DNA from: Takakia lepidozioides | Taxonomy: Eukaryota > Plantae > Bryophyta | DNA length: 64,000 bases | Direction of reading: 5' to 3' | Assembly: GCA_030704615.1 (NCBI GenBank) | Contig: CM060734.1 | Location: 12,214,001 to 12,278,000, forward strand | Shown: one piece after another, positions 13,131 through 26,179 of the stretch | Layout: each line of letters starts with the position of its first letter | How positions within the stretch are numbered: the first letter of the stretch is position 1 | Program-made: the position numbers and the translations under genes | The notes under the pieces: model-generated | Seen by the model: only the letters and a program-made list of their open reading frames with translations | What the model was told of the DNA's origin: nothing | Database searches by the model: none

Positions 13131-15565
13131 CTAATTCCGTCTGGCACGACGACGATGGTATGATCTCACGTCTAGTACAAAATCTTCGTCCCCACTCACT
13201 TCACCCCCGTTCCCATGATCAGTGCTAGAATCATGATCTCCATCTGTTCTTTCGTTTCCAGACGCAACTGGCCGTTGGACCTGTAGTCGTCCTCGGAGTA
13301 CGTTCAGTTGTCTCTCTGGTCGATTTCCACTCCTATCATGAATACCATGTAGGGTATCAGGCCTGTTCACAGGTTGGTCACCAACAAAAGGTTGCATAAT
13401 TCTTTGCCGTTTATGGGCTTGTCCCGGATTTCGTGGTGGCCTTGGAGCAGGTCTCGTATAAGGAAGGCTACTCGCACGTACATCAGAGGGGTCGACATGA
13501 GAGGAAGGGGCATGAGATGGACCAGCGAGGGTCGAGGGAGCACGGTTCACATGTGGACGTCGTCGGGCCAGATGAAACGACAATGGCCGGTCGTCGTCAT
13601 CCGATGGTTTGACTTGCAGAAGTCCCGCAGCAGAAGAACCATCTCCCAATATCGGAGTAGCGATGGAAGGAATTACATGAGGGGGAAAGAGACTAGATGG
13701 ACCAGCATGGGATGGACCGGCTTGAGAAAGATAAACATGAGATGGAGCGGGGTGAGATGAAGCACGGTTCACAGGGGCACGATGTCGGTGAAGGAATGAC
13801 AACGGCCGGTTGTCATCATCCGACGATTCGACTTGCACATCTCCCGCAGTCCGTGGAACTTGTGGTGGGGGAGAGTTGACCTCAACTTCATTGTTGAGAG
13901 TGTGCTCCACTGGGGGAAGGGGGTCCGCAATTGGGATGATACCATGTCATAGTTCATCAACAACAAGGTCATCAACGGATGATGCATTGCAGCATCATCG
14001 TCATTAAATTCATATGGGTCATGTGGAGGATTGCCCACATCATCGGACCCATCCCAACCGTCGGAGTCGAAGTCCCTCGCAGTGTCAGTGTCATCATTGC
14101 TGTTAGATTGGACCTCTGAGGTAGATTCTTCAGACAAGAGATTCTTCTCGTACCATATAGATGCGTCACTTGCTCTCATCTCTCGCAGTAGCCTACAATT
14201 CGTGTAGACATAAACCAATTTGTTAGCCCTGGCAGGATTCAAGCTGTTGCGAATCTTGTTGTGAACAAACGAGTAACTGCTCCAGTTCCGCTCACAGGAC
14301 GAGGTAGAGCACACTTGAGCAAGAATACGCTTTGTAATGGGAGCTAACGTTCTTGCTCCTGCTCCAATCAGATCCCACCATTCATGTGGCAACATGTTCA
14401 TTGCTTTTGGATCCGGCATGTCATGGAAAGGATTCTGCCGATCCGAGAAGCACTCGTACTCGGACAACGCTCGCTCTGCCATGTTCAAGGGCACAAGTTG
14501 CATGATGACCCGTACAAGCCCGGCTTTGGCATCCACATCGTCTCTCAAATCCGTATTGTCCAGCAATAATGGATTCAGCAAGGCCCCCGCATAATGCAAG
14601 TCCGTGCGAACCATCCGTTTGCGGTTGTAAAATGCATCCTCGGTCCTTGCCGCCAAATCATCGTCCATAGAAAATGGAGGACGCCTCAAGGATTGCACGT
14701 GATTCTCAAGGTTTTCCAATATCAACCATGCTTTACCCATTATTGGTTGTTTTCCATCAAACTCCCGCAAAGCAATCAACACTGGCTCCACCATGTATAC
14801 AAAATTTGCACATTTCGCCCAGAAATCGTCGGAGCGAATGATTGCGCGGACCCTCCAATTTTTGCTCAAAGACTTGGACTTACGAGAGTCGCGTAAGGTG
14901 CCCACATACGCATCCCATTGAGGGTCAATGATCACCTGCTCCAGACCCGCCCTCACAGTCACCAGTCGATCCACCATCAAAAAATTTGTGGCAAAGCGGG
15001 TTTCACCCGGGATCCTAAGGCTGTATTTGGGTTCATGTTTTCTAAACAATGCCAGAGGGATGTGATGTGTACGAATGAACGTCACAACCGACTTTGCCCT
15101 TTTTACTAGTTGTTTCATCCATGATTCTTTTCCCCAATCCTCCAAAAGGAGATCAAAGATATGAGCAGCACACCCTTGGTAATATAGATGGGGATATCGT
15201 ACAATCAAAATATCGGCCATATTAACCATGTTAGATGCATTGTCCGTGCACACTTGGACAATTTTATCAGCTCCAATTTTATCGATGTAACTCGTCAACA
15301 ACCCTGCTTGATAACGTGCATCTTTTCTCTCCCCGCTTGTGTCAACGGATCCTAAAAATTGTTCCCCCGCATGACAGACCAGCATGACATTGAACAGTGG
15401 TCGATTAGTAACAGAACTCCAACCGTCCGCACATATAGTGCTTCCATATTTCCGGAGAGAATCACCTGTCTTTTCATTCACCTTTTGGGTGAGGTCAGAC
15501 ATAGCCTCTTCTAGCAATCTCGTGCGGAGATCGCGATAACTCGGAGGTGTGTATGTGGACTTGGA
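13131..15565 (-). pseudogene. hAT-type transposase copy 1: catalytic core (DUF659-like), dimerisation domain and low-complexity tail, inverted
   Basis: ICADGW, VCTDNA, CAAH, ETRFAT, EWW and SSCERNWS. A frameshift near 13960 joins the 657-aa ORF to the 259-aa ORF. Confidence 0.92.
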
Positions 15566-15570
15566 TATAT

Positions 15571-15843
15571 ATGCGACCACCTCCCTGCTGATTAAAAAAA
15601 ATAAAAATCTACGACCACCCCCTTGCTGGTGGTCGCACCCATTAAAAAAAAAAAAAATCTGCGACCACCCCCCTGCTGGTGGTCGCATCCATTTAAAAAA
15701 AAAAAAAAAAAACTGCGACCACCCCGTTGCTGGTGGTCGCACCCATTAAAAAACATAAACAAATCTGCGACCACCCCCCTGCTGGTGGTCACATATAATA
15801 AATAAAAGAAAAAAAGATGCGATCACCCCTGCTGGCGGTCGCA
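15571..15843. repeat. GCGACCACC palindrome array upstream of the unit-1 RING gene
   Basis: About 5 hairpin units followed by a G-run, TTATAAG (15903) and CCCTCACTT. Confidence 0.92.
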
Positions 15844-16271
15844 GCTATTAATAGCGTGCGCAGTCATGATGACAGCGCGCGCCCCGAGTGTGGAGGGGGG
15901 GCTTATAAGGCCTTGAAGGCCATTCTCTCCCTCACTTTTCTCCACACCAGGACTTGGTGGGCGATGGGATGTTGTATTCATTGTCATTGAGTCCAAGTGG
16001 AGAGGGGTGCTATTGGTTGGGTGGGGGGTATTCTGGGCCGTTGGATTCTACGAAATCGATGCTGAGTATCTCCCGGGAAGCCCTCCTCTAGCACCCATGT
16101 TTTTTTCATTGCACATTGCGTCATATCACTTAGAACCGTCGAGGGAGTGACACGTGCCTCTAGTACTTGGGGAGGATTCATTAGGGAGTAGGATTAGGTA
16201 CGATTTAGGAGGGTTGGGAGAACATTTTTCTTAGCAAACACCTGTCGAGTAGGGGTAAGCCAAAGCCATAA

Positions 16272-18655
16272 ATGGCGGAGGAGAAAGACAGAGGAGGTCA
16301 TCCCAGGGATGACGATAATGAACCTGGACCTCCCAAAAAAAAACCAAAAGGAGCCAGGCGTGAACTTCGTTGGGACATATACAATGACCCCAACATTCTT
16401 GCGGAACCAGGTTGGGAAGTTTGGAAGTTGGGGCAGCGGTGGTCGCTTGGTGACTGCAAGAAATTTGTGGACTGGTGTCACATAAATCGTTTGTGGCCCA
16501 GAGATAGGCATGATCCACAAACCAAACAAAATCAAAGCTAGCTTGCATTCCTGCGCCAACCCGCATTTCCGCCACAGGGCAGAGGAGGTACATACAACAT
16601 TGTGGGGTCAACCGTTCGTCAACAACAAGGTCCCGTATTTATTTGCGGCCATGTTGTTGATTTTATTGCGACCAGTGGATTGGCAAACTGCCACTGCGAG
16701 ACAACGTACTAGACTATGCATGTTCTCTGATATCCCAGACTTGTATATACGTCAGGGGCAGGACATCATACGGTTCGATGGAAACGACGAGGTGGAAGAA
16801 GGAGGAAAGACGGATGGAAACGACGATGTGGAAGAAGGAGGAAATGCAGACCAACCTCCAGATTATACGCCGCAATAGGTCTCCGCAGCCGGGCCTTCAA
16901 CGTCTGAGGTGGAGGGGGGCGAGGTTGCTCTCCGTTGGAGGAACAGTTGGCCGCACATGAACAACACATCAAAGACCTGCAGGACATTGTTCATTTGCAA
17001 CGGTGGCAAATAGCAAAGTTGCTTGATAGAATGGGGTTGGGGACTCTCGACAGCGTACGCGGTGTGCTTCAAGATCCGAGGCCAATCACCAACGAGCAAG
17101 ACATATTGGCGCGTTTGAATATGCCACCAATGGACATTGACCGCGTCATCGACGGGGTTGACTCAATCGGGCATGGGAATGAAGTGCAAACGTCTGAATT
17201 GGACCCGGCGAGGGTTGAGGAAGAAAGACTTGCGGCGGAGAGGGCAAGAAAAGGGAATGACCCCATAGTGGAAACTGGGGAATGTTCAGCCGTGCAAATT
17301 ACATCGGCCCAAGAACAGGAATTAGAGCAGCTTGTGGGGGAACGCGAGCAAGCTAGGGCTGTTGTATATCGGTACTCAAATGCCATGCAAATCCGATCGT
17401 GGCCATGGTTGAAGGGGAATTGGCGGAATTGGGTGACATGGGCGGGCCATCTAGCATCGCGGGAAACACGGATAGAAGAAGCGTTGTCCTCCCTCCAACG
17501 TGCAGCACGTTTGTCGAATTGAAGCGTAGATAACATCTATGCTAATTTGCACGACACTGTGCGTGATGTATTCACGTAGTACACTGGATTCACCACATGG
17601 GGTGATGTGCATGCCATGTTTGAGCACTGTGTGCATATAATTTCCGATACCAATAACAGCATAAACTGGGATTTGGAAGTAGAGGAGGAGTGGGACACCA
17701 GGCCGAGGATGTCATCCTACATTAATGAGGATAAACGGACGTGGATACCACAGAGCAATCCAGCGTCATAAGTAACAGATGGTACGGTGTGCACAATGTG
17801 CCTAAATCCTTATGGACTGGAGGGAGGCTATATGTTTGGTTCATGTGGCCATTTGTTCCATCCCACATGTCTCAGCCATGCGAGCCAGCCAATGCCCTGA
17901 CTGCCGTGGACCAATCCATCGACGTTTCTACGAGTTGTTTGGGTTGCAATACAATATGCCCACGAGATACGAGTACAACCGGTACAACACGCCATTGGAT
18001 GTATCGCCTTACGATTTTTTAAATTGGCAGCACTGGGGGGAGACAATGACATGGGATGCTCCAAGAGAGATGCACACCTTGGATGCGAAGACGTTCACTA
18101 GGGTTAAAGATCCGGTGACCTTTTGGGTGACATCCAACTGGGAAATAACCGTGCGTGCTAGAGGCATACGGGACCTAGTCCAAATGAAGTTTTTTTGCCG
18201 GAACTTGGGAGGGCATTGGAACTGTACCAAACAAAGATTCTTCCGACTGCCTGAGGATCCGTGGGTGCCAGCGGAAAACGCCCCATACAATCGCGAACCG
18301 ATTGGGAGAGACCTATTTCTGAGGAAGTTGGAGGCCGCTAGCATCCGTTGGAGGATATGAATGAGACGTACTGGGTGCCTCGTCGGATGATGGGCCATTT
18401 CTTCTAGAGTTGCGCAGAGACCCCCAGCAGGAGGAGGTGTTGGACAATTTCAAGGCTGTCATCACGAGTGTGGAAAAGTATTGGCAGAACACATGGCGTG
18501 ACCAAGTTGCCCCTATCCCAGGGGTGTTCTTGCCACTTCCAAACATATCGGATTTAATTGAAAAATTGCATGTCGCCGTAGCAAGAGCGACACAGAGGGC
18601 ATGTACAATGCAATGGCAAAGTTTGAAAGCATTTAGAAATCGGCACATCAAGTAA
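16272..18655 (+). pseudogene. Accessory gene copy 1: unknown N-terminal domain, coiled coil and RING-H2 finger
   Basis: ORF pieces at 16272, 16510, 16935, 17812 and 18410 align in order with 50123-52304. The RING motif CTMC...CGHLFHPTC...CPDC lies at about 17790-17905. Confidence 0.8.
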
Positions 18656-18845
18656 CCATTGGTTCCTCCTGTGAACCATTTTTTATTGATCTCATACTTC
18701 TCCGGTCCATGTATGAGGCATGTAGAACATATTGGTAAAATTTCAAATCATTCAATTTTTTTTTTATCAATGAACCTTTGGTTTATCCTTTCACACCATT
18801 AATGATTAATCACATAAATGAACAGACGCATAAATCATTTGCCTC

Positions 18846-19656
18846 CAAATGATTTTGGTTCGCTTTCAGACTTGGCCAGTATCTTCAATGTACCATGGAA
18901 GAGGCCCGAGAGTAATATGAGATCAATCGAAATTCGTTCAATGGGCCAACGGATGGTTTCCCATCCAAATGATTTTCGTTCACTTTGAGACTTGGCCAGT
19001 GTGTTCAATGTACCCTCTGATAAGTCCCAGTGTAATATGAGATCAATCGAAATTCGTTCAATGGGCCAATGAGGCGTTCATCTGGTTTTTGTTCATTGCG
19101 AAAAAAAAATCCTGCAATGCGTGCACGGCTATTGCACCCATTGAACGGATGTGGTTGAAGCCCCTCTTTTGCCCGCATATGCTTGAACATGTGCGGAGAC
19201 ACAACAGACGAATAAATCATTTGCCTCCCCATCGACACCAAGCCATTCCATAATGTAATTGAATTTGAATTAATTTTAAGCCAATAAATAGGTTTGCACT
19301 GCCTTTCATTGGGGGTTTCTGGCACGTATCGATTTTGTTTTTGGCTCAATTTTGTTCTGCGGCTTCCAGCATCCCACCACTACTTCCCCGCCAAAATTTG
19401 GACCAATTAAAAATGCCCCCAAAAGAAAGTGTTCTCTTCGCTCACTATTGCAGAACTCTCTATGAAGAGTGCATGAAGTTGAACACAAATCAAGTTTGGA
19501 GTGCAAAACAAGGAAGAAACTGTGGTTTTGGGTCCAAATGAATTATGTTCGCTCCCAAATTTGGCACACACGTTGCATATGGCTACATTACACGCCCCAT
19601 TCAAAAATCAAATGAAAAAAAAAATCGTGAGCAAGCGAAACACAGTCCAACATGTC
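18846..19656. repeat. Left arm of an inverted repeat of about 0.8 kb; partner is 53291-54132
   Basis: Reverse-complement match throughout, for example ORF 19005..19349(-) versus 53597..53899(+) and 19407..19604(-) versus 53341..53640(+). Confidence 0.9.
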
Positions 19657-20662
19657 GCGACCGCCAATTATGGCGGTCGCTTTGTTTTTCGAAATTAAAA
19701 AGGAAGTAGCGACCGCCATATAGGCGGTCGCTTAAAATTTGTTTAAAAAAAAAGCAAGATTGGTGGTCGCACTGGCGGTCGCTTTATTTTTTGAATTTTA
19801 AAAAAAGAAATAGTGACCGCTATCTTGGCGGTCGCTTCAATTTATTTTAAAAAAAAAACAAGATTGGCGGTCGCATTGGCGGTTGCTTAATTATTATGGC
19901 GGTCGCTTTGTTTTTCGAAATTAAAAAGGAAGTAGCGACCGCCATATTGGCGGTCGCTTAAAATTTGTTTAAAAAAAAAGCAAGATTGGTGGTCGCACTG
20001 GCGGTCGCTTTATTTTTTGAATTAAAAAAAAGAAATAGTGACCGCTATCTTGGCGGTCACTTCAATTTATTTTAAAAAAAAAACAAGATTGGCGGTCGCA
20101 TTGGCGGTTGCTTAATTTAAAAAAGAAAACAGGCGACTGACGTATTGGCGGTCGCCTAATTTTAAAAAAGAAAACAAGCGACTGCCGTATTGGCAGTCGC
20201 ACAATTTTGTAAATATGTACAGAACAAGCGACCGCCATATGGTGGTCGGATAATTTCAAAAATATATAAAAACAGCGACCGCCATTGGGCGGTCTCTTAA
20301 TTTAAAGAATATATAGAAAAACAAACGACCGCCATAAAATATAAAGATTAAAAGCGACCACCTTACTGGCGGTCGCGTTTTTTTTCAAAATATTAAAAAT
20401 AAAAGCGACCACCATATTGGCGGTCGCTTTATTTTAAATATATTAACAAATGAAGCGACCGCCATACCGGCAGTCGCATTATATTTCGAAATAAAAAACA
20501 ATATTGACCGCCATACGGGCGGTCGCTTAAATTTAAAAATATACAAAATAGAAGTGACCGCAATATTGCACAAAATGAAAGGAAATAAAAGTGACCGCAG
20601 TAGTGGCGGTCGCTTGTTTTTTCATAAATAAAAGTACGGACCGTAGTATTAGCGGTCGCTTA
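19657..20662. repeat. Palindrome array GCGACCGCC-N(4-7)-GGCGGTCGC upstream of the unit-2 transposase
   Basis: Many hairpin units with AT-rich spacers, including an internal duplication of about 225 bp. Confidence 0.95.
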
Positions 20663-21088
20663 ATTTCAAAATTACAACAAATATGGTTGTACAGCCTTTT
20701 TCGGGTGGGCGCAATTGGTTCGTTATTTATTCATTGCACTTTCACTTTCATCCCTCTTTGATCATATATAAGGGAGGAGGGTCACCAAGCTCCTCACTTC
20801 TTTTGGCGCAAATACTTGAGGTTGCTTTGGATGTTCTCTTCCATTGAACGAGAGTGTAGCCCAAGAGGAGGGTGCGCACATTTTGCCGTTGTGGCTTCCA
20901 CCAAAGCCACTTCAGCAGATTGTGTATAAGCTCAACACTACAACCCACATCGACCCACTTGGGTTGTTGACAGGTGTAGAAGTGTTGGGCTATCGCATTG
21001 CACTCTACATTCACAACACGTTCATTTATAGGTGACTGTTTTTTGTTGCTTACATCGCTAGGTCCCAGGGAGTGGATATTGGGTGAAG

Positions 21089-21976
21089 ATGAGGGAGGAA
21101 TTGAGCCCTTGGTATACGACAATCCCGAACACTGTCAGTGCCACTGGTAGTGTTTAGTGCAACCTATGTGGATTAAAACTTTCTTATCGTAAGGATCGGT
21201 TGCTCGCTCACCTCGGCTATAAAGGTGTGAAGAGCGCTGGGGTGGGTTTATGCCCCAAAGCATCTATGCTGGTAAAAAACCACTTTGCCCAGTGTGGAGG
21301 CAATATTCCAATGTCTTTGGATCTGGACATGACCTCCGAGCAGAACACTCCATCTTCCCGTTAGGATGCCCCGATTAGTACCCAGGGCGACTCTTGTGAG
21401 GCTTCGGGTGTCCTTGGACAAGTGGGTTGTGCCGGAGCAATACCTGCTTCAACACCTCTTTATACCCCTACACTTCAATGGAGTAGAGGATTACGGCAGC
21501 AATCCATGCAAGAAGGTCTTAACTTGTCTGCGAAAAGACAGTTGGCGCAGTTTTTCTTCGAGGCCAACATACCATTTAATGTGGCAAGGCTTCCGGCATT
21601 TGTTTCTGCCGTTAGAGCAACCTCGGAGTCCAGATCCACGTACGTACCTCCGACTTATCACAATCTCCGCACATGATTGCTAGAAGACGTCATGACCGAG
21701 CTTACCCAAAAGGTCAACGATAGGATGGGCGAGTGCATCAGAAAATATGGAAGCACTATATGTGCGGATGGTTGGAATTTTGTCACAAGCAGACCGTTGT
21801 TCAATGTCATGCTCGTATGACTAGCTGGAGAACAATTTTTGGGATCGGTCGACACTAGCGGCGAGAAGAAATATGGACGTTATCAATGCCAACTATTGAC
21901 GGACTTCATCGAATAGGTCGGAAGTGATAGAATCGTGCAAATATGCACAGACAATGCCACTAACATGAGAAACACT
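21089..21976 (+). pseudogene. hAT-type transposase copy 2, segment 1
   Basis: MREE...CNLC...LAHLG, FFFEANIPFNV, TICADGW and ICTDNA, with several in-frame stops. Ends at the retroelement TSD. Confidence 0.9.
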
Positions 21977-22063
21977 TGTCGTGTGCATACATATCGCTAC
22001 ACAACTACATCGCTGTCCAAACCACACCACACATATATGCACAATAAAGTAGTCTGCCACAAT
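21977..22063 (-). repeat. Repeat B2 (terminal copy, about 87 bp)
   Basis: Near-identical to 22420-22505. Confidence 0.93.
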
Positions 22064-22417
22064 GATAAAAAGCTAAAGGACACACACTCTCAACACAAGA
22101 AATATGAAATCCATTGCTATCACTTTTTAAAATAGAAGTCGAGCCAGGGGCACCCCAAGCTATGGGGACTCCACCCCACAACAACCTACACTCCCATCAT
22201 AAGCACACACAGCTTTTAAACGCAAGAAGGAGCTCGGTCGCGCAGGCTCAACTCGAGAGAGATGAGCTGCGCGACTGCCGCTCTCGTGAAGATAAGACGG
22301 ACCAGGTGTCAAACTAAACTTGACACCTGATTTAACACTTGACCTAAATCCAAGTGTTAAATACAAATAACTAGTTTTATTCTAGCTGTTTTCACACTGT
22401 GCTTATTTAACTTGACA
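22063..22417 (-). repeat. Repeat A2 (about 355 bp)
   Basis: Direct repeat of 33391-33749, with about 9 substitutions plus small indels by eye. Confidence 0.95.
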
Positions 22418-22419
22418 GC

Positions 22420-22505
22420 TGTCGTGCGCATACATATCGCTACACAAACTACATCGCTGTCCAAACCACACCACATATATATGCACAATAAAGTATCTGC
22501 ACAAT
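22420..22505 (-). repeat. Repeat B1 (internal copy), separated from A2 by GC within the palindrome GACAGCTGTC
   Basis: 22414-22423 reads GACAGCTGTC. Confidence 0.93.
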
Positions 22506-22516
22506 CGCCCCCCTAG
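22505..22516 (-). other. Polypurine tract of the DNMT retroelement
   Basis: The minus strand reads CTAGGGGGGCGA followed by TTGTGC, directly abutting B1. Confidence 0.7.
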
Positions 22517-22764
22517 CTGGTGGATAGGTCCCTCTACCTCCAGATAGCTACAAGATGTAATAGCCACAGCCGTACTAAGTCCTCTATCACTGTCCCTATT
22601 GTACTCAAACTCTATAGACCAAGAGGCCGGGTACAAGAGTAGCCCCATCGTTAGTCGCCGTCTTGCAATCTGTGAACTTGAGCCAGGATCTCGTGTGTTC
22701 AAGGTCTCCTAGTAGCTGGGCCTTGCGTTTCTTGTTAGCCTTCCATGGTTGTATCCACTCCCAC

Positions 22765-22905
22765 TATCCAATGCAATGTGGACATAACCAATCCCCATCG
22801 GAACCATCTCAAGAGGTGGTCAAGCATCCCATATGCCAACCTCTAGAGCATCGATCACACCCAGCATGGTGGCTGCCCCTTTAGCAGACCCACAACATGC
22901 ACCTC
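22765..22905 (-). pseudogene. PHD finger at the C-terminus of Pol
   Basis: Across several 1-bp indels the sequence reads CMLCGSAKGAATMLxCDRCSRGWHMGCLTxPLEMVPMGDWLCPHC, a C4HC3 pattern, followed by a stop. Confidence 0.85.
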
Positions 22906-24180
22906 AAACCTGCAGATACCACTGCCAGGTTTGGGTCAATCCTGCCATCGACATTCGGAAGGTGACATGGCGCACAATTACGCACATGGTCCTTCCAAGT
23001 TATGCCATCCCGACCCTCCAAGACCAAGACGCCTGAGGGCAAGACCTCTCGAACCCTCAAAATAACACGTCCTGCAGTCACATCCAGGGTCGTAGGAGCA
23101 GTCTGCTGCAGATAGACATAGTCACCAGGGTTGAATCTCCGAACCCCAGGACGATAGCCCCCACCACGTATGGTAGCATACCTCAACGTATCACGGTGTT
23201 GTGCAATGGCAAGGTTCTCGAAAGCCATGGCATGACTCTCTTGAACAACTCTGCACGCTGCTCACATGCACGTGCCCACACGTCCGGATCGTCAAGGTTA
23301 AGAACTGTAGCAGCTTCTCTGCGAATGGATGTAGGCAAATCCGGCTCTCGGCCAAAGAGAAGAAAGTATGGTGAGAAGGAGGCAAGTGATGCTTGCTTGC
23401 TGAACCTGTAGCCCATGGCTAACCAGGGTAACTGAAGGTCCCAATCTCCTAGTGTCCCTTCTGCAAGCCATACTTGCGCAAACCCCTCTTTACTGTCTGA
23501 ACAACTCTCTCTGCCAAGCCATCGGCCTCAGGATGATCCCGAGAAGTGGTGCGGTGGTCTATCAAGGCCTTGTCACACAAAGCCTGAAACTCCCCCAAGA
23601 ACTCTCTCCCTTGGTCCGTGAGTACCTCAGCTGGAGCACCGAATCGGCTAAGCACACAATCCAGAATGCATACGCAGCTCCCTCACTAGCCTTATCAGGC
23701 AATGGAACCAATTCAATCCACTTGGAAGTGCTCCACCATCACCAACACGTACTTGTTGTGGCGCATGGTCAGTGGCAACGGCCCTGCGAAGTCAAGACTC
23801 CACCTGTAGCCCAATCCCATGATCGGAAGAGGGTGCAATTGTGGAGTAGGGGCGTTGAATGAAGCACGCACCCTGTCACACACCATGCACCTAGCCACAA
23901 TTGTTGCACCTCTGTGTGCATACCACGCCACCCAATACTGCCCCTGCAGTAGACTATGAGTGCGTCGCACCCCAAAATGCCCCAACTCCTCATGGGCATG
24001 CCGCACTAACCGTGCCCGCTGTGTTGGGTGAGGCACAATCCTCACTCGACCATCCTCCCACACTCGGAGCAGGTGTGTCCCCTCCCACCTGAACCTCTTG
24101 GCTCGTTGTAGGATCCGATCCCTCTCCTTGGCAGTCATAGTGGCTGCCGTGTCTCCAGTGCGGAGGTAGTCCAACACAAC
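22905..24180 (-). pseudogene. DDE integrase
   Basis: HEELGHFG...CMVC zinc motif, WSLDFAGPL, VLTDQGREF, ADGLAERVV and RFNPGDYVYL. Confidence 0.93.
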
Positions 24181-24199
24181 TGAATCCTCATGTATATCT

Positions 24200-25800
24200 T
24201 TGGCGCCACCTGCTCATTGCTGGCCTCAGGGTCCTCAGACACTTGATCTACAGTCATCCCTGTTGCAGGTCCAACCTGGCCTTCCGCTGCCAAGATACAC
24301 AGAAATGCAGATGCATGCCATCCGGGCACCATCTCCTCGTCCGTCTCACCATGCCACCGAGCTCCAGTGTCATCCTGCTGGCTCGTGCATGGATTGCGAC
24401 TCAACCCATCTGCATTGCGATTGACCAAACCCGGTCGATGCACCACCTGAAAGTCATACTCTTGAAGGATGAGTGCCCACCGTGCAAGCTTCCCCGTAAG
24501 CTTGTCTGACTCCATCAACCACTTGAGTGGTTGGTGATCCGTGACAAGGGTGAAGAGATTGCCGTATAGATAGCACCTGAAGTGTGCCACGGCCCACACT
24601 GCAGCTAAGCATTCTCCCTCATATGAGCTATACTTAGACTCTGCAGCATTGTTCGAGCGGCTAGCATAAGCCACTACGAACTCTCTTCCCTCATCATCCA
24701 CCTGTGTGAGCACCGCTCCAAGCCCCAGCATGCTCCAATCTGTATGCAGCTGAAAAGGACGCCCCCTGATAGGTCGTCTCAAGATGGGCGCCGAGGTCAA
24801 CCTCGCCTTGAGCTCTTGAAAAGCTTGTTCTTGCTCATCTTCCCACTGCCACTCCTGGTCCACCTTGGTCAGCTTGGTTAGAGCCTTTGCAATGGCACTA
24901 AATCCCTTAACAAACCGTCTGTAATAGTTTGCTAACCCCATGAAAGCTCGAACTCGGCTCACATCCGTGGGGCGTGGAACCTGTGCAATGGACTCTACCT
25001 TAGTCTGCTGTACCCCCAATCCTCCAGGATATATCATGTGACCCAGATACTCAATCTGGTTGTGGAAAAACTTGCACTTGCCCGGATGTAACTTCAATCC
25101 GTGCGTCCTCAAGCGCTCAAATACCCCCTGAAGGTGTCTCTCATGCTCCTCCACCGTAGCACTAAAGATGATGATGTCATCTATGTAGCACCGAGCAAAC
25201 TCCACCCCTGCTAGAATCCTGTCCATGACTCTTTGAAACTCAGCGAGCGTTTTTAAGCCCAAATGGTAAGAACCGCCACTGGTATAGGCAATCCTTCCCG
25301 TGCTCATTGATCCCCCAGAATGCCGTCTTTTGCTTATCCGCCTCCTTGATCGGCAACTGGTGATATCCGGATCGTAAATCCAACGTGCTAAAGACCTTGG
25401 AATGCCCAATGGCATCAAAGATCTCCTCTGGTGTTGGCATGGCATACCTATCGGACTTGGTCTGACGATTTACAGGCCGGTAATCACCGCACATACGTCT
25501 CTCTCGTCCAATTGCCATAGACATCCTTCTTGGCTGGCATCACTGTGGCTGAAGCATACTCTCCACCAGAGAGCTCCACCAAACCTGCCTCCCAGAGATC
25601 TTGAGTCCTCATCTGAATCAAAGACCTCTCCATGTCACTGTATCTATAGGTCTCCGAAAGATTGGCGTGTCAGTGGCCAACTCAATACGATCTCTTGACC
25701 CTTCAGTGCTCCCAAGTCCTTCAAACTGAAGGCAAAGCAATTCCTGTAAGCCCTCAGGAACCGCCGTATACGTCGTCTCTCTCCTCCGGTGACAATGGGT
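24200..25800 (-). pseudogene. Reverse transcriptase and RNase H
   Basis: RMCGDYRPVN, LDLRSGYHQ, LPFGLKNA and YIDD; RNase H motifs LHTDWS, YASRS, ECLAAVWAV and VTDHQPL. Confidence 0.97.
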
Positions 25801-26179
25801 CCAATGTCAGGCTCCCAATTGTCCTCCGTAACTGCAACCTTAAGTCCAGTGGGCTTAGAGGTAGAGGACGTCCCGTGGTTGCTATGCTGCAACCTCTTGA
25901 GCAGTACCCCTTCCTCAGCAATGACAAGCCTCATCCTGCCCCATCATCTCATCATTGAGAACCTCCTCATCCCGAGAAGAATCCCCAACCTCATCCATCA
26001 CAGCTGCCTTGGCTGCCAACTCCCTCTGAACCTCGAGCACCTCCCACGTGTGCCATGGATGTCTACACCCCGTGGTCCTCACCGGCTCGCCCCCTCTCGC
26101 TGCCTGTACCGTCTCGGTAGGCAGAGAGACCGTCAAGGGAAGTGCACTCCGCACTCTACGTTGCTCAGCCATAGCCAAG

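Larger units (their letters stand above)
10518..18760 (+). mobile_element. Unit 1: two-gene DNA-transposon-like unit (hAT-type transposase plus RING-H2 gene) with GCGACCACC palindrome arrays and an internal inversion
   Basis: Collinear with unit 2 once 12248-15565 is re-inverted. A possible left end is CAGGATTGCACACGTCAG at 10518; I found no matching right end. Confidence 0.7.

Noticed and set aside
15566-15742. N-terminus of the 657-aa ORF as real protein
   Set aside because: It is read-through of the palindrome array beyond the inversion breakpoint. The real N-terminus is at 11760 on the plus strand.
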